Source of the DNA: a virus
Virus record (IMG/VR): IMGVR_UViG_3300022074_000002
Strand: one strand, 5' to 3'
Length of the DNA: 64,000 nt
In this document: positions 20,409-29,465 of the stretch, piece by piece
Numbering within the stretch: position 1 is the first letter of the stretch
How the letters are laid out: every line of letters begins with the position of its first letter
Translations under genes and position numbers: made by a program
Notes under the pieces: model-generated
Seen by the model: the letters and a program-made list of their open reading frames with translations, nothing else
Told to the model about the DNA's origin: nothing
Databases searched by the model: none

Positions 20409-22065
20409 TACAAAATTACCTGAAGATTTTGTAGTAAACCAATTTATTCCTTTTCTAAAAGAACACAAGGAATATATCTATGACATCTATTTTACCTGTC
20501 GTATGCCACCCTTCACGCAAGATGCGATGGGTGACGTAATTGATGGTGACATCAGAGAGACAACTTTAAATGCTTTGTTTGTATCACAGGAGACTGGGAT
20601 ACCTTTGTCTGCAACATTTAATAATATCCAAGTTCCTCCTACACAAGAGAACTTGGATATTTTTATTGAGAATTTTAGATTCTTATATGACAATGGTGTT
20701 CGTATAGTTACCTTACCACACACAACATGGATGCTGACTGGTCAAATTCAAAAAGAATTTCCAGAACTAAAAGTAAAGAATACTATTCTTAGAGAAGTTA
20801 CTAGACCTAATGAAATAGTAAATCTTGCAAAGGCAGGGTTCTATTATATTAATCTAGATAGAGACCTTATGCGTGATAGAGATTCTCTTCTTAGAATTAA
20901 AAAAGCAAAAGAATATTGTGCTTCTATAGGTAAACCTGTTAAGATATCATTACTTTCCAATGAGTGGTGTTGGGGCGGATGTCCGATCATGCCAGAACAT
21001 TATCATTATAATATGGTAAGAGGAAAAGATGATCCACAATATTTTAATGATAGTATTAGTAGAGTATCGTGTTCTACATGGGATGAGAAAGATCCTGCTG
21101 CGTCATTAAAGGCAGCAACTATTCCTCCATGGAGAAAAGACTGGGAAGAATTTGTTGATCTTGGTATAGATGTATTCAAGATGCATGGTAGAGAAAATGC
21201 TATGCGTCTCTATGAGAGTATGACCATCATTAATAGATGGAAAACTAATGAAGAACTTTTACATCCACAGTTTAATGAATATATTGAAGACGTTTCTTTA
21301 GAAGAAAGACCTATTGATATATGGCGTGAAAAGATTAAGACTTGTAAGTTTGATTGTTGGGATTGTAATTACTGTGATTCTGTTGTTCAGTCTAGAATGA
21401 AAAAGAATGATAGACATTTTGATGATGACATTAAATTAGTATTAGAATCTATTGACAAGGCAGCAAGAAGAGAAAGTAATTTTGTAGAAGAAGGATATAA
21501 GTATGAAGGTTTGTCATCAAATATAGTAAGACATTTTCTAAACAATCTATTATCTAAACCTGATGCAATCTACATGGAACTAGGAGTTCATGCTGGTAGT
21601 ACATTCTATGCTGCTACTATGAATAGAGATGTAGAATCATTTGCTATAGATAATTATTCTGAGAAAGAGATATCACCTTTTAGAGATGAAGTAGAGGTAG
21701 AAGGATACGAAGACCCTAAGAAAACATTCTGGGCAGGACTACAACAGAAGCAATATTTTTGTGCTAAGTCAATACAAGATCTGACTCCTAGAGATATACA
21801 CAAACAACCTAATGTAATCTTCTATGACGCAGACCACGACCCACAAGTTCAGTATGATAATCTTACATTCTTAATTCCTGCACTTGCGGACAAGTTTATT
21901 CTTGTTATTGATGATGCAAACTTTATGGGCGTTGTGCAATCGTCTGAGTTCTGGGTAAAAGAACACAAACTTAATTTATTATTTGAAAGAAAAATACTAA
22001 CTAAAATTCCAGAAGATCCTAATGGTTGGTGGAATGGCATACATGTTATGGTATTACAAAAATGA
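20383..22065 (+). CDS. U32-family (Fe-S, TrhP/RlhA/UbiU-like) domain fused to a class I SAM-dependent methyltransferase
   Basis: Residues 1-290 carry NEWCWGGCP (C196, C200), C230 and GIDVFKMHGRE (cf. the U32 GVDSLKIEGR motif). A CKFDCWDCNYC cluster lies at 321-331. The C-terminus has YMELGVHAGST (motif I), IFYDADHD and LVIDDAN, Methyltransf_24-like. Confidence 0.7.
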   Translation: MASFSLPLNTKLPEDFVVNQFIPFLKEHKEYIYDIYFTCRMPPFTQDAMGDVIDGDIRETTLNALFVSQETGIPLSATFNNIQVPPTQENLDIFIENFRFLYDNGVRIVTLPHTTWMLTGQIQKEFPELKVKNTILREVTRPNEIVNLAKAGFYYINLDRDLMRDRDSLLRIKKAKEYCASIGKPVKISLLSNEWCWGGCPIMPEHYHYNMVRGKDDPQYFNDSISRVSCSTWDEKDPAASLKAATIPPWRKDWEEFVDLGIDVFKMHGRENAMRLYESMTIINRWKTNEELLHPQFNEYIEDVSLEERPIDIWREKIKTCKFDCWDCNYCDSVVQSRMKKNDRHFDDDIKLVLESIDKAARRESNFVEEGYKYEGLSSNIVRHFLNNLLSKPDAIYMELGVHAGSTFYAATMNRDVESFAIDNYSEKEISPFRDEVEVEGYEDPKKTFWAGLQQKQYFCAKSIQDLTPRDIHKQPNVIFYDADHDPQVQYDNLTFLIPALADKFILVIDDANFMGVVQSSEFWVKEHKLNLLFERKILTKIPEDPNGWWNGIHVMVLQK

Positions 22066-22628
22066 ATTCATTCAAACATCAATATATGGTAGTCCATCTT
22101 GATGATGATTTCTATCCACAATTAGAAAAAGCAATAAAACCATATCAAGATTATGAATCATGTAAAACAGATCAATGGGATGGCAAGAAATATCAGGCAC
22201 AGGATCATAAAGATAGAAGTTCAAAAGCGTGTTGGATAGACAATGATGAAGTCTATGCAATGATGGATGGTCTTGTGCATTTTGCTAATACAAAATGTGA
22301 CTGGAATTTAGATGTAAATTTTATGGAACCTCTACAACGTACAAAATATGATGTGGGTGATTTTTATGATTGGCATTGTGATGAAATGGGTTGGACAAAA
22401 GGTAAGAGACCTAATAATAGGATACGTAAAATAAGTTTTACAGTTATGTTAAATGATGATTTTGAAGGTGGTGAATTTGAAATACAGACAACAGAAAAAA
22501 ATGTGGTAGAATTAAAGAAGAAGGATGTTATAATATTTCATGCTGATACTCCACACAGAGTTAAACCAGTGACTAAAGGTGTTAGACATTCTCTTGTTGG
22601 GTGGACACAAGGACCTGCATTTAAATGA
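22062..22628 (+). CDS. 2OG-Fe(II) oxygenase (PKHD / prolyl-hydroxylase-like)
   Basis: YDWHCD (HxD), FEGGEF, PHRVKPVTKGVRHSLVGW (distal His and 2OG Arg); start at the ATGA overlap, 22062. Confidence 0.9.
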   Translation: MNSFKHQYMVVHLDDDFYPQLEKAIKPYQDYESCKTDQWDGKKYQAQDHKDRSSKACWIDNDEVYAMMDGLVHFANTKCDWNLDVNFMEPLQRTKYDVGDFYDWHCDEMGWTKGKRPNNRIRKISFTVMLNDDFEGGEFEIQTTEKNVVELKKKDVIIFHADTPHRVKPVTKGVRHSLVGWTQGPAFK

Positions 22629-23188
22629 GATTTATAAAAGAATATACATTGAGTGATCTTGGTATATGTGATCGTCTTATAGATCTATACAAAGACGCTG
22701 ACAAAAAAGATTTAACTTATGCTGGTCGTGTAGGTGGTGGTAGTGTCATGCCTGAGATAAAAAAGAGTAGAGATTTTTTTATTGAAGATGCTGCTCCACT
22801 AGGAGAACCTAATGATTATAAATTTGATTTATATCAAGACGAGTTGAATGGATTTATTGATAATTATTTAAACTCTTTGACTATTCATAATCAAGAATTT
22901 GTAATGCAAAGACTACCACAGATTCAATACTATAAACCAGGCGATGGTTTTTATACTTGGCATGTGGATGCATCAGGATCTGATGGTTGTGATAGAGCAT
23001 TCGTATACATCACATATCTAAATGATGTTCCTAATGCTGGAACTGAATTTTTTTATCAAGAGTATACTGTAGAGGCAAAGAAAGGTAACACAGTAATTTT
23101 TCCTGCTGGACTTACCCATAAACATAGAGGTGTGATATCAGAGGAACATGAGAAATATATTATAACTGGATGGCTTTGGTGGGTATGA
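22625..23188 (+). CDS. 2OG-Fe(II) oxygenase
   Basis: FYTWHVD, YLNDV..GTEF, FPAGLTHKHRG, KYIITGW. Confidence 0.9.
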   Translation: MRFIKEYTLSDLGICDRLIDLYKDADKKDLTYAGRVGGGSVMPEIKKSRDFFIEDAAPLGEPNDYKFDLYQDELNGFIDNYLNSLTIHNQEFVMQRLPQIQYYKPGDGFYTWHVDASGSDGCDRAFVYITYLNDVPNAGTEFFYQEYTVEAKKGNTVIFPAGLTHKHRGVISEEHEKYIITGWLWWV

Positions 23189-23715
23189 AAATTATAAAAA
23201 ACTTTTTACCTAAACAATTACTTAATGCATGTGTAGACGACTTTAGATCTAAGTTGAATACTGATTGTTGGTCATCTAGTAACTTTGCATGGAAACCATT
23301 TTTAAGACAGGGTATTCATGGATCAACTATTGCCACTGATATTCCTAAAGTATTCAGCGATGAGATATCAACATATCTAAAACCACATGCACCTGAGTAT
23401 AAGGAGTTGACATGTAGATATAATGTATGGCAACCAGGTGCTGGTATTGGAGTACACTCAGACACTCATCATTTGTTTGGTGCAACAATATATCTGAATG
23501 AACATTGGCATCCAAATGCTGGTGGTTGGTTTGTATGGATGGATCATGCTGATCTAAATTTAGATGAAGATCAAAGTAAACCTGATGTATACAGAGCAGT
23601 TTTACCAGAACAAAATATGCTAGTATTAAATGACTGTAGTGAGAGTCATCTAGTAACTACTGTTGGACATGATGCACCTGAGTATAGATACACAATTCAA
23701 ATATGGGGTGATTGA
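23185..23715 (+). CDS. 2OG-Fe(II) oxygenase (prolyl-hydroxylase-like)
   Basis: IGVHSD, TIYLNEHW...GGWF, SHLVTTV, RYTIQIW; start at the ATGA overlap, 23185. Confidence 0.85.
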   Translation: MKIIKNFLPKQLLNACVDDFRSKLNTDCWSSSNFAWKPFLRQGIHGSTIATDIPKVFSDEISTYLKPHAPEYKELTCRYNVWQPGAGIGVHSDTHHLFGATIYLNEHWHPNAGGWFVWMDHADLNLDEDQSKPDVYRAVLPEQNMLVLNDCSESHLVTTVGHDAPEYRYTIQIWGD

Positions 23716-24296
23716 TGAATAAACCTCACGTCATATACAATGTATTATCTGAAGAGGAGAGAATACCATTGTGGGATTACTTTAATCGTAGATCACCATC
23801 TATGAACTCACTTGCTACATGGACATTTAATAATGCATCTTATGGTAAAGGAGATCCAGTATCATGGCAGCATCCATTGAGAACTGATTTGATATTTACT
23901 AAGTGTGCTACTACAGTTAGATTGAAGATAATGAAATTTCTTAGAAGAGATATCAAACTCTGTAAGATACATGCTAATGGACAGACAGCAGGACAGAATA
24001 CAATGTTTCATAAAGATTGGGAAGAGCATAATGTCTGGACATTTATATACTTCAATCAACCACATTGGGATCAGGAATGGGGCGGTGAGTTTGTATGTCA
24101 AACACCAGATGACGAGTATCATCATACACCATATGTACCTAATACAGGTGCATTGATTCCTTCTAATTGGTTACACAAAGGACAACCACCTAATACATTA
24201 ATAGGTAATGAGATTAGAACTACTATTGCTTTCTCATTTTGTGATCCTGAGATTCACGATAATATAATTGCACAGAATACAAGAAAATGGTATTAG
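23715..24296 (+). CDS. 2OG-Fe(II) oxygenase
   Basis: MFHKD, W..EWGGEF, WLHKGQPP, RTTIAF; TGATG coupling to the upstream gene. Confidence 0.85.
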   Translation: MNKPHVIYNVLSEEERIPLWDYFNRRSPSMNSLATWTFNNASYGKGDPVSWQHPLRTDLIFTKCATTVRLKIMKFLRRDIKLCKIHANGQTAGQNTMFHKDWEEHNVWTFIYFNQPHWDQEWGGEFVCQTPDDEYHHTPYVPNTGALIPSNWLHKGQPPNTLIGNEIRTTIAFSFCDPEIHDNIIAQNTRKWY

Positions 24297-24802
24297 GAAT
24301 TAGACAATATCCAGTAGACATTGATGCAGATAAACTTGTAGAGTTTATTGATACTAATATTGAAAACAATTCTCTCACTAAAAACATAGCTCATGTATCT
24401 AAACTTACCTTTACTAATGGCAAAGATGACTTCTTAGAGTATGATGAACCTATTATTAAAAAATTAAAATGGACATTTCATGATGCTTGCTCTAGATATT
24501 GGGGTATGGATATATTTGATTTCCAAATAAATTCATGGGTGTATGTAGATTGGAATGATAATCCAATAGAACCATATATGCATTCACACAATCCAAACAA
24601 TCCTTTCACATTATCTGGTATAATGTATATAAAACTAGGTGAGTCTGGAACTACTATGTTTCCTATGCCAAAGAGAGATCCATATTTTTTACCTAAGAAA
24701 GAATTAACTTGGTTTATCTTTCCATCTAACTTACCACACATGCCTGGCAAAGGTATTCAAAATGAAAAACGATATAGTTTAAGTGCAGATTTATACGCAT
24801 GA
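24287..24802 (+). CDS. Putative 2OG-Fe(II) oxygenase (TIGR02466-like)
   Basis: YMHSH, LSGIMYI, IFPSNLPH, RYSLSADL. Confidence 0.75.
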   Translation: MVLGIRQYPVDIDADKLVEFIDTNIENNSLTKNIAHVSKLTFTNGKDDFLEYDEPIIKKLKWTFHDACSRYWGMDIFDFQINSWVYVDWNDNPIEPYMHSHNPNNPFTLSGIMYIKLGESGTTMFPMPKRDPYFLPKKELTWFIFPSNLPHMPGKGIQNEKRYSLSADLYA

Positions 24803-25395
24803 TGTACAGTCAAAATAGTTTCTCTTTTCTATCAGAGAAAATGCCACAAAATTTATATCAAGAATTACTTTCTTACACACAGAGAAGAAGGAAGGAAGAG
24901 ACTTGGAATTATAATCATAAACTTGCTGGTGCATTAGAACAACAGTCAAGTCTATCTGATTGGAGTCCACAGTTTGAAAAATATGTTGTTAGACTATCTA
25001 CAGAGTTATGGTCACAGGTGTATCAAACATGCCCGTGGGATTTTCAAGAAGCAAGAGACGTAACACCTTTTATAAGATTGAGAAACCTGTGGGTAAATTA
25101 CCAGCAACAGTATGAATACAATCCTATACATACACACACTGGTATTGTGAGTTTTGTAATCTTTACAGACATACCATATGGTTCTGAAGAAAGAGAATCA
25201 CATAATAGTAATGGTGCGTTTCAATTAGAAGCAGATGTATTACCAGTAGATAAAACTTGGAATGGTGTAATACTTATGTTTCCATCTACAACTAAGCATG
25301 CTGTATATCCTTTCAAGTCTACACAGAAAGAACGGGTAACAGTATCTGGTAACTTAATATGGAATGTGGAGGGTGTAGATGAAGAACATTATTAA
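24799..25395 (+). CDS. Putative 2OG-Fe(II) oxygenase (TIGR02466-like)
   Basis: YNPIHTH.G..SFVIF, MFPSTTKHAVYPF, RVTVSGN. Confidence 0.8.
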   Translation: MMYSQNSFSFLSEKMPQNLYQELLSYTQRRRKEETWNYNHKLAGALEQQSSLSDWSPQFEKYVVRLSTELWSQVYQTCPWDFQEARDVTPFIRLRNLWVNYQQQYEYNPIHTHTGIVSFVIFTDIPYGSEERESHNSNGAFQLEADVLPVDKTWNGVILMFPSTTKHAVYPFKSTQKERVTVSGNLIWNVEGVDEEHY

Positions 25396-25921
25396 GGACA
25401 ACTGTATTAATCCTAACTATCAGAATCTTTTAGAGAGCACTATGAGATATGATACAGACTTTAGGTGGGTGTATCATGACAATCTTAGTGAAGATGGTGA
25501 GAGTCAGTTAGTAGGTTTCTCTCATATGTTTATATTGAATGGTAATTCTACAAGTAAATACTCTGGATTGTTTCTTCCATTAGTATTTGAAGCATGTTAT
25601 AATACAGGTATATCAATATCTAAAGTCATACGTGGTAGATGTTTTTTACAGACGCCAGGTGTGAGAACAAAAGAGTATGATTCTATGCATGTTGACTTAC
25701 CAGATCAACATTTGGTATGTCTATACTATGCATCAGACAGTGATGGTGACACGTATTTTAGTGAAAGAATGTACGGAGAACCGCTTGCTGAATACCCTAT
25801 AAATAGTACAGTATCTCCTGTAAAAGGTAGATGCGTTTTCTTTGATGGTCTGCGATATCATTCAAGTAGCGTACCCACAAAGAAACCTAGATTCGTAATA
25901 AACTTTAATTTTTTACCTTGA
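25379..25921 (+). CDS. Putative 2OG-Fe(II) oxygenase
   Basis: SMHVD, LYY..DSDGDTYF, FFDGLRYHSSS.P, RFVINFNF. Confidence 0.8.
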   Translation: MKNIIKDNCINPNYQNLLESTMRYDTDFRWVYHDNLSEDGESQLVGFSHMFILNGNSTSKYSGLFLPLVFEACYNTGISISKVIRGRCFLQTPGVRTKEYDSMHVDLPDQHLVCLYYASDSDGDTYFSERMYGEPLAEYPINSTVSPVKGRCVFFDGLRYHSSSVPTKKPRFVINFNFLP

Positions 25922-25926
25922 TAACC

Positions 25927-26127
25927 ATGGATCCATCACAACTAAAAAATAACTTTGAAGAGCAAATAGGTAAGACTGATGCTCAGATAATAGAGTTAGA
26001 AAAGCAATTAGAAAAAGCAAAAGAATATAAATTAAAACTTGTGGGAGGACTAGAAACTCTAGGTCTTTTAGAGCAAGAAGAAGCACCAGCACCTGACTCA
26101 GCACCCGCAAGCGTTGATCCTTCCTAA
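25927..26127 (+). CDS. Small coiled-coil hypothetical protein
   Basis: MDPSQLKNNFEEQ...LEKQLEKAKEYKLKL heptad pattern; fills the gap before g13. Confidence 0.55.
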   Translation: MDPSQLKNNFEEQIGKTDAQIIELEKQLEKAKEYKLKLVGGLETLGLLEQEEAPAPDSAPASVDPS

Positions 26128-26130
26128 ATA
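26124..26130 (+). promoter_or_regulatory. T4-type late promoter variant (CTAAATA) for g13
   Basis: TAAATA core 25 nt upstream of the g13 ATG. Confidence 0.55.
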
Positions 26131-26154
26131 ACTAAGAAGGGATTATAGTGGGTA

Positions 26155-26967
26155 ATGGCATCTCCAAGTACAAAAACAGAATTGATTACATATGCCAAGA
26201 GGCAATTAGGTGAACCTGTCTTGCAAGTTAACGTAGATGATGAGCAAGTAAACAATGTAATTGACGACACATTTCAGTTCTTTCAAGAGAATTGTTACAA
26301 TGGTATGGAGAGATGTTATCTAGTACACGAGATAACTGCTGCTGATAAGACTCGTCTTGCAGCAACTGTTTCTACATCAAAAACAGATGGTGCTGATACT
26401 GTAACTTGGAATGAAGCAACAAATTATATACCCATACCAGCTCATGTAACTGGTATTAGTAAGGTATTTGGAATGGTAGGTAACTCTATTCGTTCTAACT
26501 TATTTGGTGTTGAGTATAGAATGTTCTTAAATGACTTATATGCTTTTGGATCCCTCGATATCTTAAACTACTATATGACTAAGCAATATCTAGAAACTCT
26601 AGATATGGTTTTAAACAACGGTTCATTCCAGCAGTTTAGATATACTCAGCGTCGTGATCGTTTGTATCTAGATATAGATAAAGACTTCTTACAAGAAGGA
26701 CAGAATCTATTGATAGAGGCTCATCGTATGATAGACCCAAATGATGCAACCGAAATGTATAATGATATATTTGTAAAAAGATATGCTACTTCATTGTTAA
26801 AAAAACAGTGGGGTCAGAACTTGATCAAGTATAACAATGTTCAACTACCTGGCGGTGTAACACTTAATGGTAGAGAACTTTACATGGACGCACTAGCAGA
26901 AATTGAGAAGATCGAAGGTGAGGTTCTCAGTAAGTATGCTATACCACCAATGGATATGATCGGATAA
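26155..26967 (+). CDS. g13: Neck protein gp13
   Basis: 'ELITYAKRQLGEPVLQVNVDDEQ' and 'QWGQNLIKYNNVQLPGGVTLNG'; g13-g14-g15-g16 synteny. Confidence 0.92.
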   Translation: MASPSTKTELITYAKRQLGEPVLQVNVDDEQVNNVIDDTFQFFQENCYNGMERCYLVHEITAADKTRLAATVSTSKTDGADTVTWNEATNYIPIPAHVTGISKVFGMVGNSIRSNLFGVEYRMFLNDLYAFGSLDILNYYMTKQYLETLDMVLNNGSFQQFRYTQRRDRLYLDIDKDFLQEGQNLLIEAHRMIDPNDATEMYNDIFVKRYATSLLKKQWGQNLIKYNNVQLPGGVTLNGRELYMDALAEIEKIEGEVLSKYAIPPMDMIG

Positions 26968-26968
26968 A

Positions 26969-27859
26969 ATGCCTACAAGTCCCTACTTCCCAACTTATCA
27001 CCAAGGTCACAGTGGCGAACAAACTTTGGTTCAGAATCTTGTGGATGAGCAAATCAAACTCTTTGGTTCTGACATATACTATCTACCCAAAACAGTCTTA
27101 GCAGATAGCACATTGGATGAGGTCAGATACACTAAGTATCAAGATCAATTTCAAATTGAAATGTTGCTTGTAAATGTAATGGGTTTTGGAGACAATGCAG
27201 AATTTATAAGTAAATTTGGTTTACGTATTACAGACGAGATAATCTTTCGTGTGTCTACAAACAGATGGGACGAGGAAGTAGCAGAGCATAGTATGTCTGC
27301 GAAACTTACAGTTCCTAGTAGACCTAATGAAGGGGATTTATTATACTATCCTCTTACAGAAGATTTGTATGAAATTAAGTATGTTGGAAAGGAAGAACCA
27401 TTCTTCCAGTTTGGTAAGATACAATTTTATGCAATCACTGCAGAACTATACGAGGTTGGTTCAGACGATCTTGCTACAGGTGTTGCAGAGATAGATGCTA
27501 TAGAGGAGTTGTTCGATAGTGCTATTGCTTTGTCTATGGGAGTAGGTGGTACAGGAGACTTTACTACTGGTGAGACTGTTACTGGTGGTACTACTTCTAC
27601 AACTGCAGAAGTTAAGTCATGGGATAGTTCTACAAGAGTACTACAGGTAATCAATAGGACTGGAACATTTGCAGCAAACGAATCACTTACAGGTAATACC
27701 AGTGGTGCTGTATGGGTTGTATCAACCTTCGATACACTACAGGATACAAATAGTGAGTATGATGCAAATAGACAAATCGAAGATGCTGCTGACAATATAG
27801 TTGATTGGTCAGAAGGTAATCCATTCGGTGAGTTTGGTAATTTTACAGGTAGCATATAA
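26969..27859 (+). CDS. g14: Neck protein gp14
   Basis: 'LVDEQIKLFGSDIYYLP', 'ISKFGLRITDE', 'RPNEGDLLYYP', 'NPFGE'. Confidence 0.92.
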   Translation: MPTSPYFPTYHQGHSGEQTLVQNLVDEQIKLFGSDIYYLPKTVLADSTLDEVRYTKYQDQFQIEMLLVNVMGFGDNAEFISKFGLRITDEIIFRVSTNRWDEEVAEHSMSAKLTVPSRPNEGDLLYYPLTEDLYEIKYVGKEEPFFQFGKIQFYAITAELYEVGSDDLATGVAEIDAIEELFDSAIALSMGVGGTGDFTTGETVTGGTTSTTAEVKSWDSSTRVLQVINRTGTFAANESLTGNTSGAVWVVSTFDTLQDTNSEYDANRQIEDAADNIVDWSEGNPFGEFGNFTGSI

Positions 27860-28659
27860 TGTTAGGTAATCACTTTTACAACCAGATAGTTCGTAAGAAC
27901 ATCATAGCATTTGGAACACTCTTCAATAATATTACACTGAAGAGCACAGATCCAAGCACTGGTGCTGTATTGGAAGAAATGAAAGTACCGTTAGCATACG
28001 GTCCTAAACAAAAATTTATTGTAAGACTAGAAGAAAACACTAGCAATAGAAAAGTAGCAATCACTCTACCGAGATTGTACTTTGAGATGACTAGCATTGA
28101 CTACGATCCTACTCGTAAGACATCTCCTATACAGAAATACAAAACTATTGTTGATGGTAATGGTGGTGAGGTAAGAGTGCAGTATGTTCCTGTACCATAC
28201 AATCTATCATTTGAACTTGGTGTCATGGCAAAGTCACAAGACGATGCTTTACAAATTACTGAGCAGATACTACCATACTTCCAACCATCTTTCAGTGTTA
28301 CTCTTAACATGATACCTGATATGAATGAGAAGAGAGACATTGCTGTTGTACTAAACAATGTATCATATGAGGATACATGGGATGATAGTTTCTATGAGCG
28401 TAGATATATTGTTTACACTCTTAACTTTCAAATGAAGACCTTTCTATACGGTCCTTATAACACTGCAGATGTTATTAAGAAAGCAATTATACACGAGACA
28501 CTTGGTGATGCAGCAACCAACCGTAGAACTATTACTAGAACATATACACCAAAAGCAAAAACTGATATCAATCAAGATGGTCAAATTGATGCAGCAGATG
28601 ATATATTAGTAGATGCTGGTGATGATTTTGGATTCAATGAAGGGATTAGTTACTTATGA
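27859..28659 (+). CDS. g15: Tail terminator / sheath stabiliser gp15
   Basis: 'FGTLFNNI', 'KVPLAYGPKQKF', 'LPRLYFEM', 'PVPYNL.FEL', 'EQILPYFQP'. Confidence 0.93.
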   Translation: MLGNHFYNQIVRKNIIAFGTLFNNITLKSTDPSTGAVLEEMKVPLAYGPKQKFIVRLEENTSNRKVAITLPRLYFEMTSIDYDPTRKTSPIQKYKTIVDGNGGEVRVQYVPVPYNLSFELGVMAKSQDDALQITEQILPYFQPSFSVTLNMIPDMNEKRDIAVVLNNVSYEDTWDDSFYERRYIVYTLNFQMKTFLYGPYNTADVIKKAIIHETLGDAATNRRTITRTYTPKAKTDINQDGQIDAADDILVDAGDDFGFNEGISYL

Positions 28660-29057
28660 ACCTAGAAGATAATATGGAGGAACTTCTTAACATGGACGTA
28701 GAACCTGTTGAGAAACCTAACTTGCCAAAAGTCAAATCAAAAGATGATGATCAACAAAAAGATTACGAATATACTCGTGGTGAATTGTATTCTTTGATTG
28801 ACCAAGGTCAAGAAGCAGTGAAGGGTGCATTAGAAGTAGCACAAGAGAGTGGTCATCCTAGAGCATATGAGGTTGCTGTAGCAGCAATGAAGCACGTTGC
28901 AGACATGACAGAAAAATTACAAGACTTACATAAGAAAATGAAAGACCTTGATGAAGAAGCGAAAGGTCCTAGTAAGGTTACTAACAATGCTATGTTTGTT
29001 GGTTCTACATCAGAACTACAGAAAATGTTAAAACAAATGGGTGGTGGCAAGAGGTAA
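28656..29057 (+). CDS. g16: Terminase small subunit gp16
   Basis: 'DYEYTRGELYSLIDQGQEA', 'HPRAYEV', 'NNAMFVGSTSELQKML'. Confidence 0.93.
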   Translation: MNLEDNMEELLNMDVEPVEKPNLPKVKSKDDDQQKDYEYTRGELYSLIDQGQEAVKGALEVAQESGHPRAYEVAVAAMKHVADMTEKLQDLHKKMKDLDEEAKGPSKVTNNAMFVGSTSELQKMLKQMGGGKR

Positions 29058-29060
29058 CTG

Positions 29061-29068
29061 CATAAATA
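29061..29068 (+). promoter_or_regulatory. T4-type late promoter (CATAAATA)
   Basis: 25 nt upstream of the ATG at 29093. Confidence 0.6.
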
Positions 29069-29092
29069 AATGCAGAGACCCTGACATGGTAC

Positions 29093-29404
29093 ATGAGATA
29101 CAAAGAATTTAAAAGACTCGCTGAGTCTGCCAATGTGCAGGATAACGGAATTTTAGAAGGTGCAGCCTGGACAAAGAAGGCTGGCAAATCAAAAGAAGGT
29201 GGACTTAACGAGAAAGGACGAAAGTCGTATGAGAAGGCTAATCCAGGATCTGACCTTAAAGCACCAAGCAAGAAGGTTGGAAATCCCCGTCGGTCATCAT
29301 TCTGTGCTAGAATGAAAGGAATGAAAAAGAAATTAACTTCAAAGAAAACTGCCAGCGATCCTGATAGCAGGATCAACAAATCACTAAGAGCTTGGAATTG
29401 CTAA
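29093..29404 (+). CDS. Small basic protein (DUF6321-like), candidate internal head protein
   Basis: K/R-rich 'AAWTKKAGKSKEGGLNEKGRKSY...RRSSFCARMKGMKKKL...SRINKSLRAWNC'; N-terminus MRYKEFKRLAE...ILE|G. Confidence 0.6.
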   Translation: MRYKEFKRLAESANVQDNGILEGAAWTKKAGKSKEGGLNEKGRKSYEKANPGSDLKAPSKKVGNPRRSSFCARMKGMKKKLTSKKTASDPDSRINKSLRAWNC

Positions 29405-29427
29405 CACAACGTGTAATGTGATATAAT
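29398..29427 (+). promoter_or_regulatory. Sigma70-type promoter
   Basis: TTGCTA (29398-29403), 18-bp spacer, extended -10 TGaTATAAT (TATAAT at 29422-29427); a second TATAAT at 29434. Confidence 0.6.
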
Positions 29428-29465
29428 ATTGAGTATAATTATAGTATGAATACCTAATGAGAAAA

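Noticed and set aside
27427-27855. 142-aa minus-strand ORF, and similar ones at 29005..29379 and 42561..42950
   Set aside because: Antisense mirrors of g14, the DUF6321-like gene and the membrane gene; their composition is what reverse-complemented codons produce.
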